NCBI GenBank assembly: GCA_025059945.1
Contig: JANXDC010000015.1
Coordinates: forward strand, 184,053 to 248,052
Reading direction: 5' to 3'
Origin: Bacteroidota bacterium
GTDB taxonomy: Bacteria; Bacteroidota; Rhodothermia; JANXDC01
DNA length: 64,000 bases
This document shows, one piece after another, positions 28,124 through 38,241 of the stretch (position 1 is its first letter; each line of letters begins with the position of its first letter). The position numbers were made by a program, and so were the translations under genes. Below the pieces are notes generated by a model. It was not told the DNA's origin. It ran no database searches and was given only the letters and a program-made list of their open reading frames with translations.

Positions 28124-28906
28124 CTATGCAGCGGGATATGGCTTGAGGCTCTGACGCCATCGGTCCTCCAGGGCCGCGTACAGCAGCACCGCGGCCGCCA
28201 CCGAGGCGTTGAGCGAGGCTACCTGTCCCCGCATGGGGATGCGCACGAGCGCGTCACAGTGGCGGCGCACCAAGGGCCGTATACCTTTGCCCTCGTTGCC
28301 GATCACGAGCGCCGTCGGCCCGGAGTAATCCTGTTCCCAGAGCAGACGATCGGCTCCCTGATCGGCGCCGATCACCCAAAAGCCCGCCTGCTTTAGGGTC
28401 TGTAGCGCCCGCACCAGGTTCGTAGCGCGTGCGATGGCCAGATGGACGGCCGCCCCGGCCGAAGTTTTGAGCACCGCGGGGCTAATCGGAGCAGCTCCGT
28501 GTTTGGGCACGATCACCCCCTGTACTCCGGCCGCCTCCGCGGTGCGCAAAATCGCCCCCACGTTATGGGGGTCGACTATCTGATCGAGCACCAGGAGCAG
28601 CGGGCGGGGATCTTGTGCGAAAGCCTGTTCCAGAAGCGTCTCAAGCGCCCAGTAGGCCACAAGGCCTCCTATGAGCGCAACCCCCTGATGGTGGCGCGTT
28701 CCAGTCAGGCTGTCCAGTCTGGCCCCCGGAACGCGCTGTATAGGCACGCGTTGCGCCGATGCCAACGCCTCGAGTTCGGCAAGCCAAGGGGAGCGCAGGC
28801 CCTCCCGCACGTAGAGCTTTTCCGCGCGCCGGCCCGAAAGCAGCCATTCGCGCACCGGATGTCGACCGAAGACGATGGGCCTGTCGTCTTGTTGCTGCGC
28901 GCTCAT
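28124..28906 (-). CDS. rlmB: TrmH/SpoU-family 23S rRNA 2'-O-methyltransferase (RlmB-like)
   Basis: SPOUT methyltransferase motifs (LVLDQIVDPHNVGAILRTAEAAG; ALVIGNEGKGIRP; SLNASVAAAVLLY). Start ATG 28906 (MSAQQQDDRPIVFGRHPV) forms an ATGA overlap with the lgt stop. The listed ORF start at 29221 runs into lgt. Confidence 0.75.
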   Translation of the reverse strand: MSAQQQDDRPIVFGRHPVREWLLSGRRAEKLYVREGLRSPWLAELEALASAQRVPIQRVPGARLDSLTGTRHHQGVALIGGLVAYWALETLLEQAFAQDPRPLLLVLDQIVDPHNVGAILRTAEAAGVQGVIVPKHGAAPISPAVLKTSAGAAVHLAIARATNLVRALQTLKQAGFWVIGADQGADRLLWEQDYSGPTALVIGNEGKGIRPLVRRHCDALVRIPMRGQVASLNASVAAAVLLYAALEDRWRQSLKPYPAA

Positions 28907-29790
28907 GGGCGCCGTCGCCACGTACGCCATAGCCCTACCAGGCCGCCCAGCATGAGCAGCAGGGCTATCAGTTCGGCTTGGGTAACTTGCCAGCCGAAAA
29001 AGGAAAACCGCGGATTGACCCGAATTTGTTCGATCAGAAACCGCTCCAGGCCGTTTAGCACCAGGTAGAGCGAAAACAGCCACCCAAACCGGTAGGGATG
29101 TCTGCGCAGCACCCATAGCAGGCCGAAGAACAAGGTGCACAGGAAAAACTCGTAAAGCGGGGTGGGGTAGACGGGCACCTCCGGCGGTCCGACGATGGCG
29201 CGGGGATAGGTTTCCGCCCACAACCAGGTGGGCAGCCAGTCCGGTTTAGCGGCGAGGTCGGCCGGAATGCCCCAGTCCCCGTCTCCGGCCAGGTGGCAGC
29301 CGATGCGGCCCACCCCGTAGGCGAGCATAAGGCCGGGCGCGATGGCGTCAGCCGCCGGCTTGATCGGAATCCGGTACCGGCGAAGCGCCCACACGACCCC
29401 AAGCGCCCCCGTGATCAGCCCTCCGTAGAAGGTCAGCCCGCCTGGGCTGAAGAGCATCTCCCAGGGGCGGGCGCGGAATAGATCCCAGTACTCCCAAATA
29501 TGAAACAGCTTGGCCCCCACAAGCCCCGTTGCGGCGGCGATGAGGGCAAGATTGCCGACCACTTCCGAAGGAGGGCGCACGGCGTGCTCCGATCGAGCTT
29601 GCCCCTTGCGGCGCAGCCGAATCGCGATCGCGGGCAGGATGCCGGATCGGTGCATCCAGCGGAAATTCGCCGCCGTCGTGTAGGCGGCCAGCAGGATCCC
29701 CACGGCCACCATCAGCCCAAACGAATACAGGGGGATCGGACTACGCCACCCGAATAGGTCGTACAGCAGATCCGTAATGCGCGGATACAT
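28903..29790 (-). CDS. lgt: prolipoprotein diacylglyceryl transferase
   Basis: Lgt signature region GxxGxxLxxxRIGCHLAGDG...W, multi-pass membrane protein. N-terminus MYPRITDLLYDLFGW. Confidence 0.85.
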   Translation of the reverse strand: MYPRITDLLYDLFGWRSPIPLYSFGLMVAVGILLAAYTTAANFRWMHRSGILPAIAIRLRRKGQARSEHAVRPPSEVVGNLALIAAATGLVGAKLFHIWEYWDLFRARPWEMLFSPGGLTFYGGLITGALGVVWALRRYRIPIKPAADAIAPGLMLAYGVGRIGCHLAGDGDWGIPADLAAKPDWLPTWLWAETYPRAIVGPPEVPVYPTPLYEFFLCTLFFGLLWVLRRHPYRFGWLFSLYLVLNGLERFLIEQIRVNPRFSFFGWQVTQAELIALLLMLGGLVGLWRTWRRRP

Positions 29791-29799
29791 GGCGCAGCT

Positions 29800-31077
29800 T
29801 TAGGTCCTCAGGCTCGACACGTGGGCCCGTCTTAGGTATTCCGGCACCTCATCAAGCGGCACCCAGGTCTGCTCTCCGGAGGCGAGTTCCTTCAGAGGGG
29901 CGAGCCCTTGACGCAGCTCTTGATCGCCGACAAAGAGCACGAAACGGGCCCCCATGCGGTCGGCTTCGCGCAGTTGAGCTTTTATGCTGCGACCCAGCAA
30001 ATCGTACTCTACGCGCAGGCCCTCCTGGCGCCGCCACCGCTGGGCGCGCACAAGGGCCCAGCGCCGGGCCTCCGCTCCCGTGGCGGCGATGTAAAGCTCC
30101 GCTCGGGCGGGCGCGGGGAATAGGTAGCCGGAGGCCTCTAAAGCCAGGAGCAGGCGTTCCAAGCCGCCAGCAAAGCCCACGCCGGGCGTGGGGGGGCCGC
30201 CGAGGGCCTTCGCCAGCCCATCATATCGCCCGCCGCCTCCCAGGGCGTCCTGGGCGCCTAGCAGGGGGCTTGTGACCTCGAAGGCCGTCCGGCTGTAGTA
30301 GTCAAGCCCGCGCACGAGCAGAGGATCCTCTTCATAGGCGATCCCCAGGTCCTCCAGATAGCGTTTAAGCTGCTCGAAGTGTTGGCGACAGCCCTCGGAG
30401 AGGTACTCCGTAATGCGCGGGGCGCGGGCCGCGAGCTCTTGATCTTGGGGCTCTTTGGAATCTAGGATCCGCAGCGGGTTGCGTTCCAGCCGCTCTCGGC
30501 TGGCGGGGCTTAGCCGATCGGCAAGAGGCCGGAAGTACGCCAGCAGGGCCTCGCGGTATCGGGCTCGGGCCGCCTCATCGCCGATCGAGTTAAGCCGTAG
30601 GCGCAGCCCCTGAAGGCCAAACTCCTCCAGAATGCCCATCTGCAGGGCGATCACCTCGGCGTCTGCTGTGGGATCGGGTGAGCCGATCACCTCCGCGCCA
30701 TATTGGTGAAATTGACGCTGGCGTCCCCTCTGAGGGCGTTCGGCGCGAAACATAGCTCCGATGTAGTACCACTTCTGCACAGCCCCTTGCGTGTAGAGGC
30801 CGTGTTGTAGGTAAGCCCGCATAACGGGCGCCGTCATCTCCGGGCGCAGGACTAACAGGTCCTGACCCCGCTGCAAGGTGAACATCTCCTTGGTGACGAT
30901 GTCGGTCGTCTGCCCTACACCCCGCGCGATAAGCTCAAACGGCTCCAGAATCGGGGTTCGGATTTCCCGAAACCCAAAACGCTCCGCCCAGGAGCGGATA
31001 ACGCCCTCAACGTGCTGCCAACGCGCGGACTCCTGGGGCAGGATGTCGTGGGTGCCTTTGACGGAGCGAAACCGCAT
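29800..31077 (-). CDS. hisS: histidine--tRNA ligase
   Basis: Class II aaRS motifs. N-terminus MRFRSVKGTHDILP. His-binding region GGRYDGL. Confidence 0.9.
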   Translation of the reverse strand: MRFRSVKGTHDILPQESARWQHVEGVIRSWAERFGFREIRTPILEPFELIARGVGQTTDIVTKEMFTLQRGQDLLVLRPEMTAPVMRAYLQHGLYTQGAVQKWYYIGAMFRAERPQRGRQRQFHQYGAEVIGSPDPTADAEVIALQMGILEEFGLQGLRLRLNSIGDEAARARYREALLAYFRPLADRLSPASRERLERNPLRILDSKEPQDQELAARAPRITEYLSEGCRQHFEQLKRYLEDLGIAYEEDPLLVRGLDYYSRTAFEVTSPLLGAQDALGGGGRYDGLAKALGGPPTPGVGFAGGLERLLLALEASGYLFPAPARAELYIAATGAEARRWALVRAQRWRRQEGLRVEYDLLGRSIKAQLREADRMGARFVLFVGDQELRQGLAPLKELASGEQTWVPLDEVPEYLRRAHVSSLRT

Positions 31078-31082
31078 CGGGC

Positions 31083-31550
31083 CTATAGACGAAAGTACAG
31101 TTCTTCCTCCTGCGCGAAGAGGGCGCAGAGCTCCTCCGGGGTTTGCGCTTTTAAAAGACGTTCCCGGAAGGGCTCATGGTTCATGAGCCGGGAGATGCGA
31201 CTGAGCAGCTTGATGTGCTGGCTTGTTTGGTTTTCCGGACCCACGAGCAGAAAGGCGATGCGCACCGGTTGGCCGTCTAAGGCATCATAGTCTACAGGTT
31301 CAGCGAGCGTCATCAAGGAGGCTACGCTATCGGTTACGGCGTGCGTTTTCCCATGCGGAATGGCCAGCCCCTTGCCCACACCGGTTGACATGATCGCTTC
31401 CCGATCCCACACCGCTCGCCGCAGCTCCGCTGGATCCAGCACGGCCGGATGGGTGGAGACGAGCGACAGAAGCGCCTCCAATAGCTCCACCTTGGTGCGA
31501 CACCAGACCCGAACCCGCACGTATTCGGGGCGTAGAAGCGAGGCGATCAT
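31083..31550 (-). CDS. ptsN: PTS EIIA(Ntr)-type nitrogen regulatory protein
   Basis: EIIA fructose/mannitol family with phosphorylatable His region (GVGKGLAIPHGK). Start ATG 31550 (MIASLLRPEYV). The listed ORF start at 31682 overlaps tgt. No HPr or EI gene nearby. Confidence 0.65.
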   Translation of the reverse strand: MIASLLRPEYVRVRVWCRTKVELLEALLSLVSTHPAVLDPAELRRAVWDREAIMSTGVGKGLAIPHGKTHAVTDSVASLMTLAEPVDYDALDGQPVRIAFLLVGPENQTSQHIKLLSRISRLMNHEPFRERLLKAQTPEELCALFAQEEELYFRL

Positions 31551-31620
31551 GGTAGCGGTCAACACCGGCGAGGTTTTCGAATATAGAGCGGCTGGGGAGG
31601 CTCTGTCAAAAAAGCGCCCC

Positions 31621-32754
31621 TTATAGGCGACGGCTGATTCGGGGAAGGATTTCGGCCTTCCAGGAGCTGAAATCCCCCTCAAGGATGTGCCGGCGGGCCT
31701 CCCGAACCAGCCACAGATAAAAGGCCAGGTTCTGGGTGGAGACGATCTCTAGACCCAGGATTTCGTCTACGGAGAACAGATGCCGCACGTAGGCTTTGCT
31801 GTAGCGCTGGCTCACCTCGGTCTGCAGTCCGGGGTCCAGGGGGGAAAAGTCCCGCGCCCAGCGCGCGTTGCGGATGTTGAGGATGCCCTCCGTGGTGAAG
31901 ACCATGCCGTTGCGGCCGTTTCGAGTGGGTAGCACGCAATCAAACAGGTCCACTCCACGCGCGATGGCCTCTAGGATGTTTTCCGGGGTGCCCACGCCCA
32001 TAAGGTAGCGGGGTTTATCGGGGGGCAGGATGTCCGTGACGAGCTCCGTCATGGCGTACAGCAGCTCCGCGGGTTCGCCCACGGAAAGGCCTCCAATGGC
32101 GTAGCCGCTGAAATCCCAGCTCAACAGCTGCTCTGCGGAGCGCCGGCGCAGATCCGGATGCGTGCCCCCCTGCACAATGGCGAACAGGGCCTGATCATGC
32201 CCGTAACGGGGGCTTGTCTGGCGCCAGGCGCGCCAGGCGCGCTCGGCCCAGCGTGTGGTGCGCGCTACCGCCTCGGCCATATAGGCATGCTCACAGGGCC
32301 AGGGCGGGCATTCGTCCAAGACCATCATGACGTCCGAGCCGATCGTGCGTTGCGCTTCTATTACGGATTCCGGGGAGAAATGCAGGTAGGCGCCGTCGAT
32401 ATGGTTGCGGAAGACCACGCCGTCGTCCGTGATCCGGCGCAGGCCCGATAGGCTGAAGATCTGATATCCCCCGCTATCGGTGAGGATCGCCCGCGGCCAG
32501 GCCATAAAGCGATGCAGCCCACCAGCCTGCGCTAGGACTTCCGTTCCGGGGCGCAGGTAAAGATGATAGGTGTTGCCCAGCAGGATCGGCGCTTCCAGTT
32601 CCCGCTCCAAGACCTGTTGGGGCACGGCCCGCACCGAAGCGCGGGTGCCCACAGGCATAAACATCGGCGTGGGCACCGAACCGTGTCCCGTGTGCAGCCA
32701 GCCGGCCCGGGCGCGTGAAGCCGGATCGGTGGCCACGAGCTCAAAGCGCACCAT
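31621..32754 (-). CDS. tgt: queuine tRNA-ribosyltransferase
   Basis: Tgt motifs. Catalytic region DSGGYQ, zinc site CxCxxC...H equivalents (CVLPTRNGRNG...H) and LLGVGTPE. Confidence 0.9.
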   Translation of the reverse strand: MVRFELVATDPASRARAGWLHTGHGSVPTPMFMPVGTRASVRAVPQQVLERELEAPILLGNTYHLYLRPGTEVLAQAGGLHRFMAWPRAILTDSGGYQIFSLSGLRRITDDGVVFRNHIDGAYLHFSPESVIEAQRTIGSDVMMVLDECPPWPCEHAYMAEAVARTTRWAERAWRAWRQTSPRYGHDQALFAIVQGGTHPDLRRRSAEQLLSWDFSGYAIGGLSVGEPAELLYAMTELVTDILPPDKPRYLMGVGTPENILEAIARGVDLFDCVLPTRNGRNGMVFTTEGILNIRNARWARDFSPLDPGLQTEVSQRYSKAYVRHLFSVDEILGLEIVSTQNLAFYLWLVREARRHILEGDFSSWKAEILPRISRRL

Positions 32755-32772
32755 CGAGGCAGGAGGGGGATA

Positions 32773-33159
32773 TCAGCCTTGCTTGCGTTTGCAGTCGATG
32801 CAGATCGTCGTGTGGGGCACGATCTCCAGGCGCTCTTTGGGGATGGGGCGGCCGCACTGGCGGCAGACGCCATAGGTGCCTTCTTGGATCCGCAGCAGGG
32901 CGCGCTCCAGATAGCGCAAAAATTTGACTTCGCGGTCGTGCAGCAGGTAGGCCTGCTCCAGTTCGCTATCCGGGTTGTGGGTGACCTCGTCGGGGGAAGA
33001 GGCCAATCGCCCCTCTCCGTTGCGGTTTTCCAGGTTATCGCGGATCTGCTCCTCGAGGTACTGGATGTCCGCCTGCACTTGGCGCATCTTCTCGAGAATG
33101 ATGCGGCGGAAATGCTCCAGTTCCTCGGCCGAGTAAGGGGACTTGGGGGGCGTCTCCAT
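32773..33159 (-). CDS. dksA: DksA/TraR-family C4-type zinc-finger protein
   Basis: C-terminal CRQCGRPIPKERLEIVPHTTICIDC zinc finger. Coiled-coil N-terminus. Start ATG 33159 (METPPKSPY). The listed ORF start at 33498 is an upstream alternative. Confidence 0.75.
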   Translation of the reverse strand: METPPKSPYSAEELEHFRRIILEKMRQVQADIQYLEEQIRDNLENRNGEGRLASSPDEVTHNPDSELEQAYLLHDREVKFLRYLERALLRIQEGTYGVCRQCGRPIPKERLEIVPHTTICIDCKRKQG

Positions 33160-33215
33160 AGCGTGGCCTCTGCGCGGGTCTGCCGACTCAAGCACGGACA
33201 AGCGACGTCGCAAAA

Positions 33216-34388
33216 TTACGCCTCTTGGACGGCGCTTCCAAATGCCAGGGGTGATTGGGGCGGCGCTGTGCCGTCTAAGATGGGCACCCCAGGTGGGGCC
33301 GGCCGGTAGCGGTACCGTTGGTCGCGTAGCCGAGGCGTAAAGCCCGCCTCCAGAATGCAGCGCTGTATTGCTTCGGCGTCCATGCGGTAAGACGCTCCGG
33401 CCGCCGAGACCACGTTTTCCTCGATCATGATCGAGCCCAGATCGTTGGCGCCCCCATAAAGGGCCAGTTGGGCGACCTCGGGCCCCACCGTAAGCCAAGA
33501 GGCTTGAATATTGGGGATGTTCGGAAGCATAAGGCGGCTTATGGCGAGCACCCGTAAGTATTCAGCGGCCGTTACCTGGTTACGCACCCCCAAAACCCGA
33601 CTTAATCGGGTGCCTACGTCCTGGTACGGCCAGGGGATAAAAGCGATGAACCCAATCGCCCCTTCTGGTTTTTCGTCTTGCAGATCCCGGATAAGCAGCA
33701 AATGCTGCAGCCGCTCGACGACGCTTTCAACATGGCCGAACATCATGGTGGCTGTGGTCAGAAGCCCCAGTCGGTGCGCGGTGCGCATCACCTGCAGCCA
33801 TTCGGCTGTGCTGCATTTGCCTCGGGCGATGAGCCGACGCACGCGGTCTGAGAGGATTTCGGCCCCGGCTCCGGGCAGAGAATCCAGCCCGGCCGCGATA
33901 AGCCGCTGCAGGGCTTCCTCGATCGAGATGCGGCTCACCTTCGTGATGTGGATCACTTCGGGAGGCCCCAGGGCGTGCAGCTTAAGATCGGGGAAGCGGG
34001 ATTTGATCTTGCGAAAAAGCATCTCATAGTACTCGATGCCCAGCTCCGGGTTGTGCCCCCCCTGCAACAGGAGCTGGTCTCCTCCGAGGGCTATGGTCTG
34101 TTCGATCTTTTGGTACAGCGTCTCATCGTCCAGCACGTAGCCCTCCGGATGGCGAGGGGGGCGAAAGAAGTTGCAAAACAGGCAGTTGGCGTTGCAGACG
34201 TTTGTGTAGTTGACATTTCGGTCGATGATCCACGTCACTACGCGTTCCGGATGCTTGCGCATGCGCAGCTCATGTGCGGCGAGCATGAGCTCGCTTAACG
34301 GAGCCCGTTCGTAGAGCAGGAGCCCCTCTTCTAGGCTCAATCGGTCTTCGTCTAGAGCGCGGTCCAATATGGAGACCCAGTCCTTCAT
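33216..34388 (-). CDS. radical SAM enzyme, MqnC/MqnE family (futalosine-pathway menaquinone biosynthesis)
   Basis: CxxxCxFC radical-SAM motif (CNANCLFCNF). Length and architecture match MqnC/MqnE. Start ATG 34388 (MKDWVSIL). The listed ORF start at 34724 is over-extended. Confidence 0.75.
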   Translation of the reverse strand: MKDWVSILDRALDEDRLSLEEGLLLYERAPLSELMLAAHELRMRKHPERVVTWIIDRNVNYTNVCNANCLFCNFFRPPRHPEGYVLDDETLYQKIEQTIALGGDQLLLQGGHNPELGIEYYEMLFRKIKSRFPDLKLHALGPPEVIHITKVSRISIEEALQRLIAAGLDSLPGAGAEILSDRVRRLIARGKCSTAEWLQVMRTAHRLGLLTTATMMFGHVESVVERLQHLLLIRDLQDEKPEGAIGFIAFIPWPYQDVGTRLSRVLGVRNQVTAAEYLRVLAISRLMLPNIPNIQASWLTVGPEVAQLALYGGANDLGSIMIEENVVSAAGASYRMDAEAIQRCILEAGFTPRLRDQRYRYRPAPPGVPILDGTAPPQSPLAFGSAVQEA

Positions 34389-34399
34389 AGTCGCTATGG

Positions 34400-35239
34400 T
34401 CACGTTACGAGGCTGGCAATCGAGACAAACTGCAGCGGCGGAACGGCTGGAATCAGGCCTTCCTCGCAGGCCAGTTCCCAAAAGCGCCGTAGCCCCGCTA
34501 GTTTCGATCGATCTAGTTCGTATTCCACGCGGTTCTCCAGGTAGTCCAGGTATTGGCCTAACGCTCCGCCGTGTTCCCGCTGCCAGGCCCGGGCGATGCG
34601 CGCGCGGTTTTGCAGGCCCTCTTGCAAGCTGCTTTGCAGGAGCAGAGCCCGCTCGAAGGTAAGATGCTCCGGATAGCCCGCCCAGAGCGCGAAAACGAAG
34701 GGCATGCCGGTCCAGCTCACCCATTCCCAGGCCAGATCGCGCACGTGCGGCCAGCGTCCCAGATGATCGAAGGCCCGGTCGCCGATGATCAACCCAGCGC
34801 TGCGGCCGCCAATATAGGCCTCATAGCCAGGTTCGGTTTCAACGAATTCCGGTTGTATGCCCCATTTTCGACGACAGAGGATCCGCACCAAGGCAGCGGA
34901 GCTGGAGGAGCTGTAATCAAGCAGGATGCGCTCGATGTGGGCTAGCGGTACCTCGCTGACCAGAAGCACGGTGCGCACCTCGGAACTTGCCCCGATGCAC
35001 AGGTTCGGAGCTATTACCAGGCCGTCGATGCGCGCGTATTCGATCGCAGGTATGAGCCCGATATGCACCTGCCTTTGTGCAAGCCGGCGGGCGCAGAGGC
35101 GCGGCAGCTCAAAGCTTAAGCTCAAGCCCAGCGCCCGCAGTCTTTGGCGCGTTAGCCCGTATACGAGGGGCTGCGCGTTGAGGTAAGGCACGGCGCATAG
35201 GCGCGTTAGGGTTTCGGCGTGTCCCGTAAGAGGGGTCAT
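34400..35239 (-). CDS. mqnA: MqnA-like protein (chorismate dehydratase family, futalosine pathway)
   Basis: Periplasmic-binding-protein-like fold typical of MqnA/MqnD (LCAVPYLNAQPL...). Operon context between the two Mqn radical-SAM genes. Confidence 0.6.
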   Translation of the reverse strand: MTPLTGHAETLTRLCAVPYLNAQPLVYGLTRQRLRALGLSLSFELPRLCARRLAQRQVHIGLIPAIEYARIDGLVIAPNLCIGASSEVRTVLLVSEVPLAHIERILLDYSSSSSAALVRILCRRKWGIQPEFVETEPGYEAYIGGRSAGLIIGDRAFDHLGRWPHVRDLAWEWVSWTGMPFVFALWAGYPEHLTFERALLLQSSLQEGLQNRARIARAWQREHGGALGQYLDYLENRVEYELDRSKLAGLRRFWELACEEGLIPAVPPLQFVSIASLVT

Positions 35240-35244
35240 GCGCT

Positions 35245-35883
35245 CTAATACCGGCTCATGGGATCTGGCTCGGGCTCCAGATGGCTTGTGTCGTTAAGCA
35301 GCAGGGCCTCGAAGCCTCCGGCCCCGTAGCGCAGTACGTTTAAGGCGCCGTTCGTGTGCGCGATCTCTTCCATGCGCTCTAGTCCCCATCCCAACAGCGT
35401 GCACAGGAGCACACGCAGCATGCGTCCGTGGCCCACGATGAGGATGTGTTGGGCCGGATCCTCGAGCAGCTCCTCTATCACGACCCGAAGCCGGCGCTGC
35501 AGATCCAGGGGGCTTTCCCCGCCGGGTAGGGCGCGCTCCACATGCCCTTGACGCCAAGCTTCCTGTAGGGAGCGCAGGATGGCATCTAGCTCCGCATCCA
35601 CCAGACGACCCTCGTAGAGGCCCCAGTCCATCTCCGACAGGCCTGGATACTGACGCACCCGAACCCCCGGATGGCGGGCGGCGATGATCTGAGCCGTCTC
35701 CAAAGCCCGGCGCAGGGGGCTAGAGGCGATCAGCTCAAGCGGCTGCTGGGCCAGGCGTTCGGCCAGACGGGCGGCCTGCGCTCGGCCTCTGGCGTTTAGG
35801 GGGGCGTCTAGGCCGCGGCCCTGCAAGAGGTTGCGTCGGTTGGGTTCGGTTTGCCCGTGGCGCACAATGTAGAAATATTTCAT
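35245..35883 (-). CDS. histidine phosphatase family protein (phosphoglycerate mutase-like)
   Basis: RHG catalytic motif at the N-terminus (IVRHGQTEPN) with a second His (LIVGHG). ATGA overlap with the upstream radical-SAM gene stop. Confidence 0.75.
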   Translation of the reverse strand: MKYFYIVRHGQTEPNRRNLLQGRGLDAPLNARGRAQAARLAERLAQQPLELIASSPLRRALETAQIIAARHPGVRVRQYPGLSEMDWGLYEGRLVDAELDAILRSLQEAWRQGHVERALPGGESPLDLQRRLRVVIEELLEDPAQHILIVGHGRMLRVLLCTLLGWGLERMEEIAHTNGALNVLRYGAGGFEALLLNDTSHLEPEPDPMSRY

Positions 35884-37046
35884 GCGAGCACCGGCAGATC
35901 TACCGGTTCCGGAGGGGGGTCCTGGGTGTAGATGCGGATTACGCGGTACAGCGTATCCCGTTCGACCGGGATGCGTCCAGCCTGGCGAATCAAGCGTATC
36001 AACTGGTTTGTCGTCATGGCCGGATGCTCCTCGCCGCCTGCCATAGCGTAAATGCGCGTGGTATCGTCGATCGTGCCGTCCACGTCATCGACCCCAAAGG
36101 ACAGGCTGATCTGGGCCGTCTGCCGGCCGATCATGGGCCAGTACGCCTTTATGTGGGGGATGTTGTCCAGGTACAGCCGACAGACCGCGTAGTTTTTAAG
36201 GTCCTCCAGCATGGGGACCTCGCGCAGGTGGCTCAGTCGGTTGTTGGCGCGTTTGAACTTAAGCGGGATAAAGGCTTGAAAGCCCCCGGTTTCATCCTGC
36301 AAGTTGCGTAGCTTTTCCAAGTGATCGATCCGGTGCTCGTAGCGCTCCAGGTGCCCGTAGAGCATGGTGCACGTGGAGGGGATGCCGAGCTCATGGGCCG
36401 TCCGGTGGATCTCAAGCCACTGTTCGCCGCTGGCTTTGCTGTCGCAGATCTGCTCGCGCACCTCGGGATGAAAGATCTCGGCCCCCCCGCCGGGCAGGGA
36501 GTCCAGGCCGCAGGAGCGCAGATACTGCAGAGCCTCTCGGATGCCCATGCGGGATCTGGCGGCCATGACGGCGATCTCCACGGCCGTAAAAGCCTTGATA
36601 TGCAGATCCGGCCGGATCGCCTTGATGCGCCGCAGCATCTCCCCGTAGTACTCCACCCCTCGCTTGGGATGCACGCCGCCTACGATGTGCACCTCGGTGA
36701 CGGGCTTGTCCTTGTAGCGCTGCACGATTTGCTCGATCTCATCCAGCCCGTACTCCCAAGCTCCTTCCTGGCCCGGCCGGCGGGCGAAGGAGCAGAAAGC
36801 GCAGTCGAAGATGCAGATGTTGGTGGGCTCGATGTGGAAGTTCCGGTTGAAATACGCGTAGTCTCCGTGCAAACGCTCGCGCACGAAATTTGCCAGCGCC
36901 CCCAGAAAGGAGACGTCCGGACACCGGTACAGGGCCAACCCCTCGGCTGGGCCGAGTCGCTCTCCGGCGGCGACTTTTTCGGCGATCTTTCTATACGGCT
37001 GGGATACGCGATAGCGATCCAAGAGGGTGCTTAGGAAATCCGCCAT
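35880..37046 (-). CDS. radical SAM enzyme, MqnE/MqnC family (paralog of 33216..34388)
   Basis: CIFDCAFCSF radical-SAM motif. Paralogous to the other Mqn radical-SAM gene. Start ATG 37046 (MADFLSTLL). The listed ORF start at 37184 is over-extended. Confidence 0.75.
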   Translation of the reverse strand: MADFLSTLLDRYRVSQPYRKIAEKVAAGERLGPAEGLALYRCPDVSFLGALANFVRERLHGDYAYFNRNFHIEPTNICIFDCAFCSFARRPGQEGAWEYGLDEIEQIVQRYKDKPVTEVHIVGGVHPKRGVEYYGEMLRRIKAIRPDLHIKAFTAVEIAVMAARSRMGIREALQYLRSCGLDSLPGGGAEIFHPEVREQICDSKASGEQWLEIHRTAHELGIPSTCTMLYGHLERYEHRIDHLEKLRNLQDETGGFQAFIPLKFKRANNRLSHLREVPMLEDLKNYAVCRLYLDNIPHIKAYWPMIGRQTAQISLSFGVDDVDGTIDDTTRIYAMAGGEEHPAMTTNQLIRLIRQAGRIPVERDTLYRVIRIYTQDPPPEPVDLPVLA

Positions 37047-37051
37047 AGCTC

Positions 37052-37663
37052 TTATCGACGTTGCCAAAACTCCAGGATCCGCTGCCGCATCTCCTCTAGA
37101 TGCGGCAAGGCCACATCCAGGCGAATGGCGTATCGAAGCAGACGGCCTCGCAAGATGGCATCCGCCTCGGGCAAGTGATACCACCCCAATTTAAGGGGTC
37201 CCAGCAGATGTCGGGCCAACCAGTCGATGATCCCGTACCGAAATAGCACAAAGCCGGCTAGCCCCGTTGCGGCCGAGGCCCACTGCTGGGTCATCAGCAA
37301 GACCGAGAGTACGATCAGATATAGAAGAAATTGCAGCCACAGCTGTTGGAGGTGGTAAAAGACGCGCGCCAGGGTTTCGGAGTACCAGGCGGGCTTAAGC
37401 AGCTCCCAGAGCACGTAGAGGCCCAGCGTCGTCAGGGTTGCCACCCACCACGGCAGCTTCCAAAGCAACAAGGGCAACAAGACGATGCCCAGGGCCCAGC
37501 CGGAGCGGTACCACGTGCTGGCCTCGGCCAAGACCTGCTCCAGGGGCACGCGCTCCAGCACGGGTCCGGCGTATGCGCGCAGGGCCTCTTCGTTGGCGTA
37601 AAACCAGACGCCTTCGGCCGTCAAAATCCCGCCCGGTGTGCTCACGTACGTGGTGGGCTTCAT
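37052..37663 (-). CDS. hypothetical integral membrane protein embedded in mqn/ubiDX operon
   Basis: About 4 predicted TM helices. ATGA overlap with the ubiX stop. No recognisable motif, and it is not a UbiA prenyltransferase (no NDxxD motifs). Confidence 0.45.
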   Translation of the reverse strand: MKPTTYVSTPGGILTAEGVWFYANEEALRAYAGPVLERVPLEQVLAEASTWYRSGWALGIVLLPLLLWKLPWWVATLTTLGLYVLWELLKPAWYSETLARVFYHLQQLWLQFLLYLIVLSVLLMTQQWASAATGLAGFVLFRYGIIDWLARHLLGPLKLGWYHLPEADAILRGRLLRYAIRLDVALPHLEEMRQRILEFWQRR

Positions 37664-38238
37664 ACGGTCCGCTGGCCTTCCCCCCAGCGGAAGGCGCCAG
37701 GAGACGGAAGGCCGATGAGGTCCAGGATGCGGTGCACGATGCTGTCTACGAGCGCTTCTATGCTTTGCGGGCGGTGGTAGAACGACGGACAGGCGGGAAG
37801 CACGATGGCCCCCGCTTCGGTTACCGCCAGCATGTTCCGCAGGTGCACGGCGTTTAAGGGGGTATCACGGGGCACGAGCACCAGCCGACGGCGCTCCTTG
37901 AGCATTACGTCTGCGGCGCGCGTGATCAGGTCATCCGATGCGCCGTTGGCGATGCGTCCTAGTGTGCCCATGGAGCAGGGCACGACGACCATGTCCGTGT
38001 AGCGCGAAGAGCCCGAGGCAAACGGCGCCGAAAGGTCCGTGGGCTCATAGCGGGCAAAGGGGATGGCGCGCAGGCTCGCTTCATCGAGCTCCTCGCGCCA
38101 CACCGCAAGGGCATGGGCGGAGAAGACCACCGCTACTTCCGCCACCCGGTCCCGCATGCTCGCCAGCTGTTCCAGAAGCCGACGCGCGTACACGGCCCCG
38201 CTTGCCCCCGTTATGGCCACCACGATGCGCTTCTCCAT
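37660..38238 (-). CDS. ubiX: flavin prenyltransferase UbiX
   Basis: MEKRIVVAITGASGAVYARRLLE..., the typical UbiX/Pad1 flavoprotein N-terminus, of UbiX-like length. Confidence 0.9.
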   Translation of the reverse strand: MEKRIVVAITGASGAVYARRLLEQLASMRDRVAEVAVVFSAHALAVWREELDEASLRAIPFARYEPTDLSAPFASGSSRYTDMVVVPCSMGTLGRIANGASDDLITRAADVMLKERRRLVLVPRDTPLNAVHLRNMLAVTEAGAIVLPACPSFYHRPQSIEALVDSIVHRILDLIGLPSPGAFRWGEGQRTV

Positions 38239-38241
38239 GGC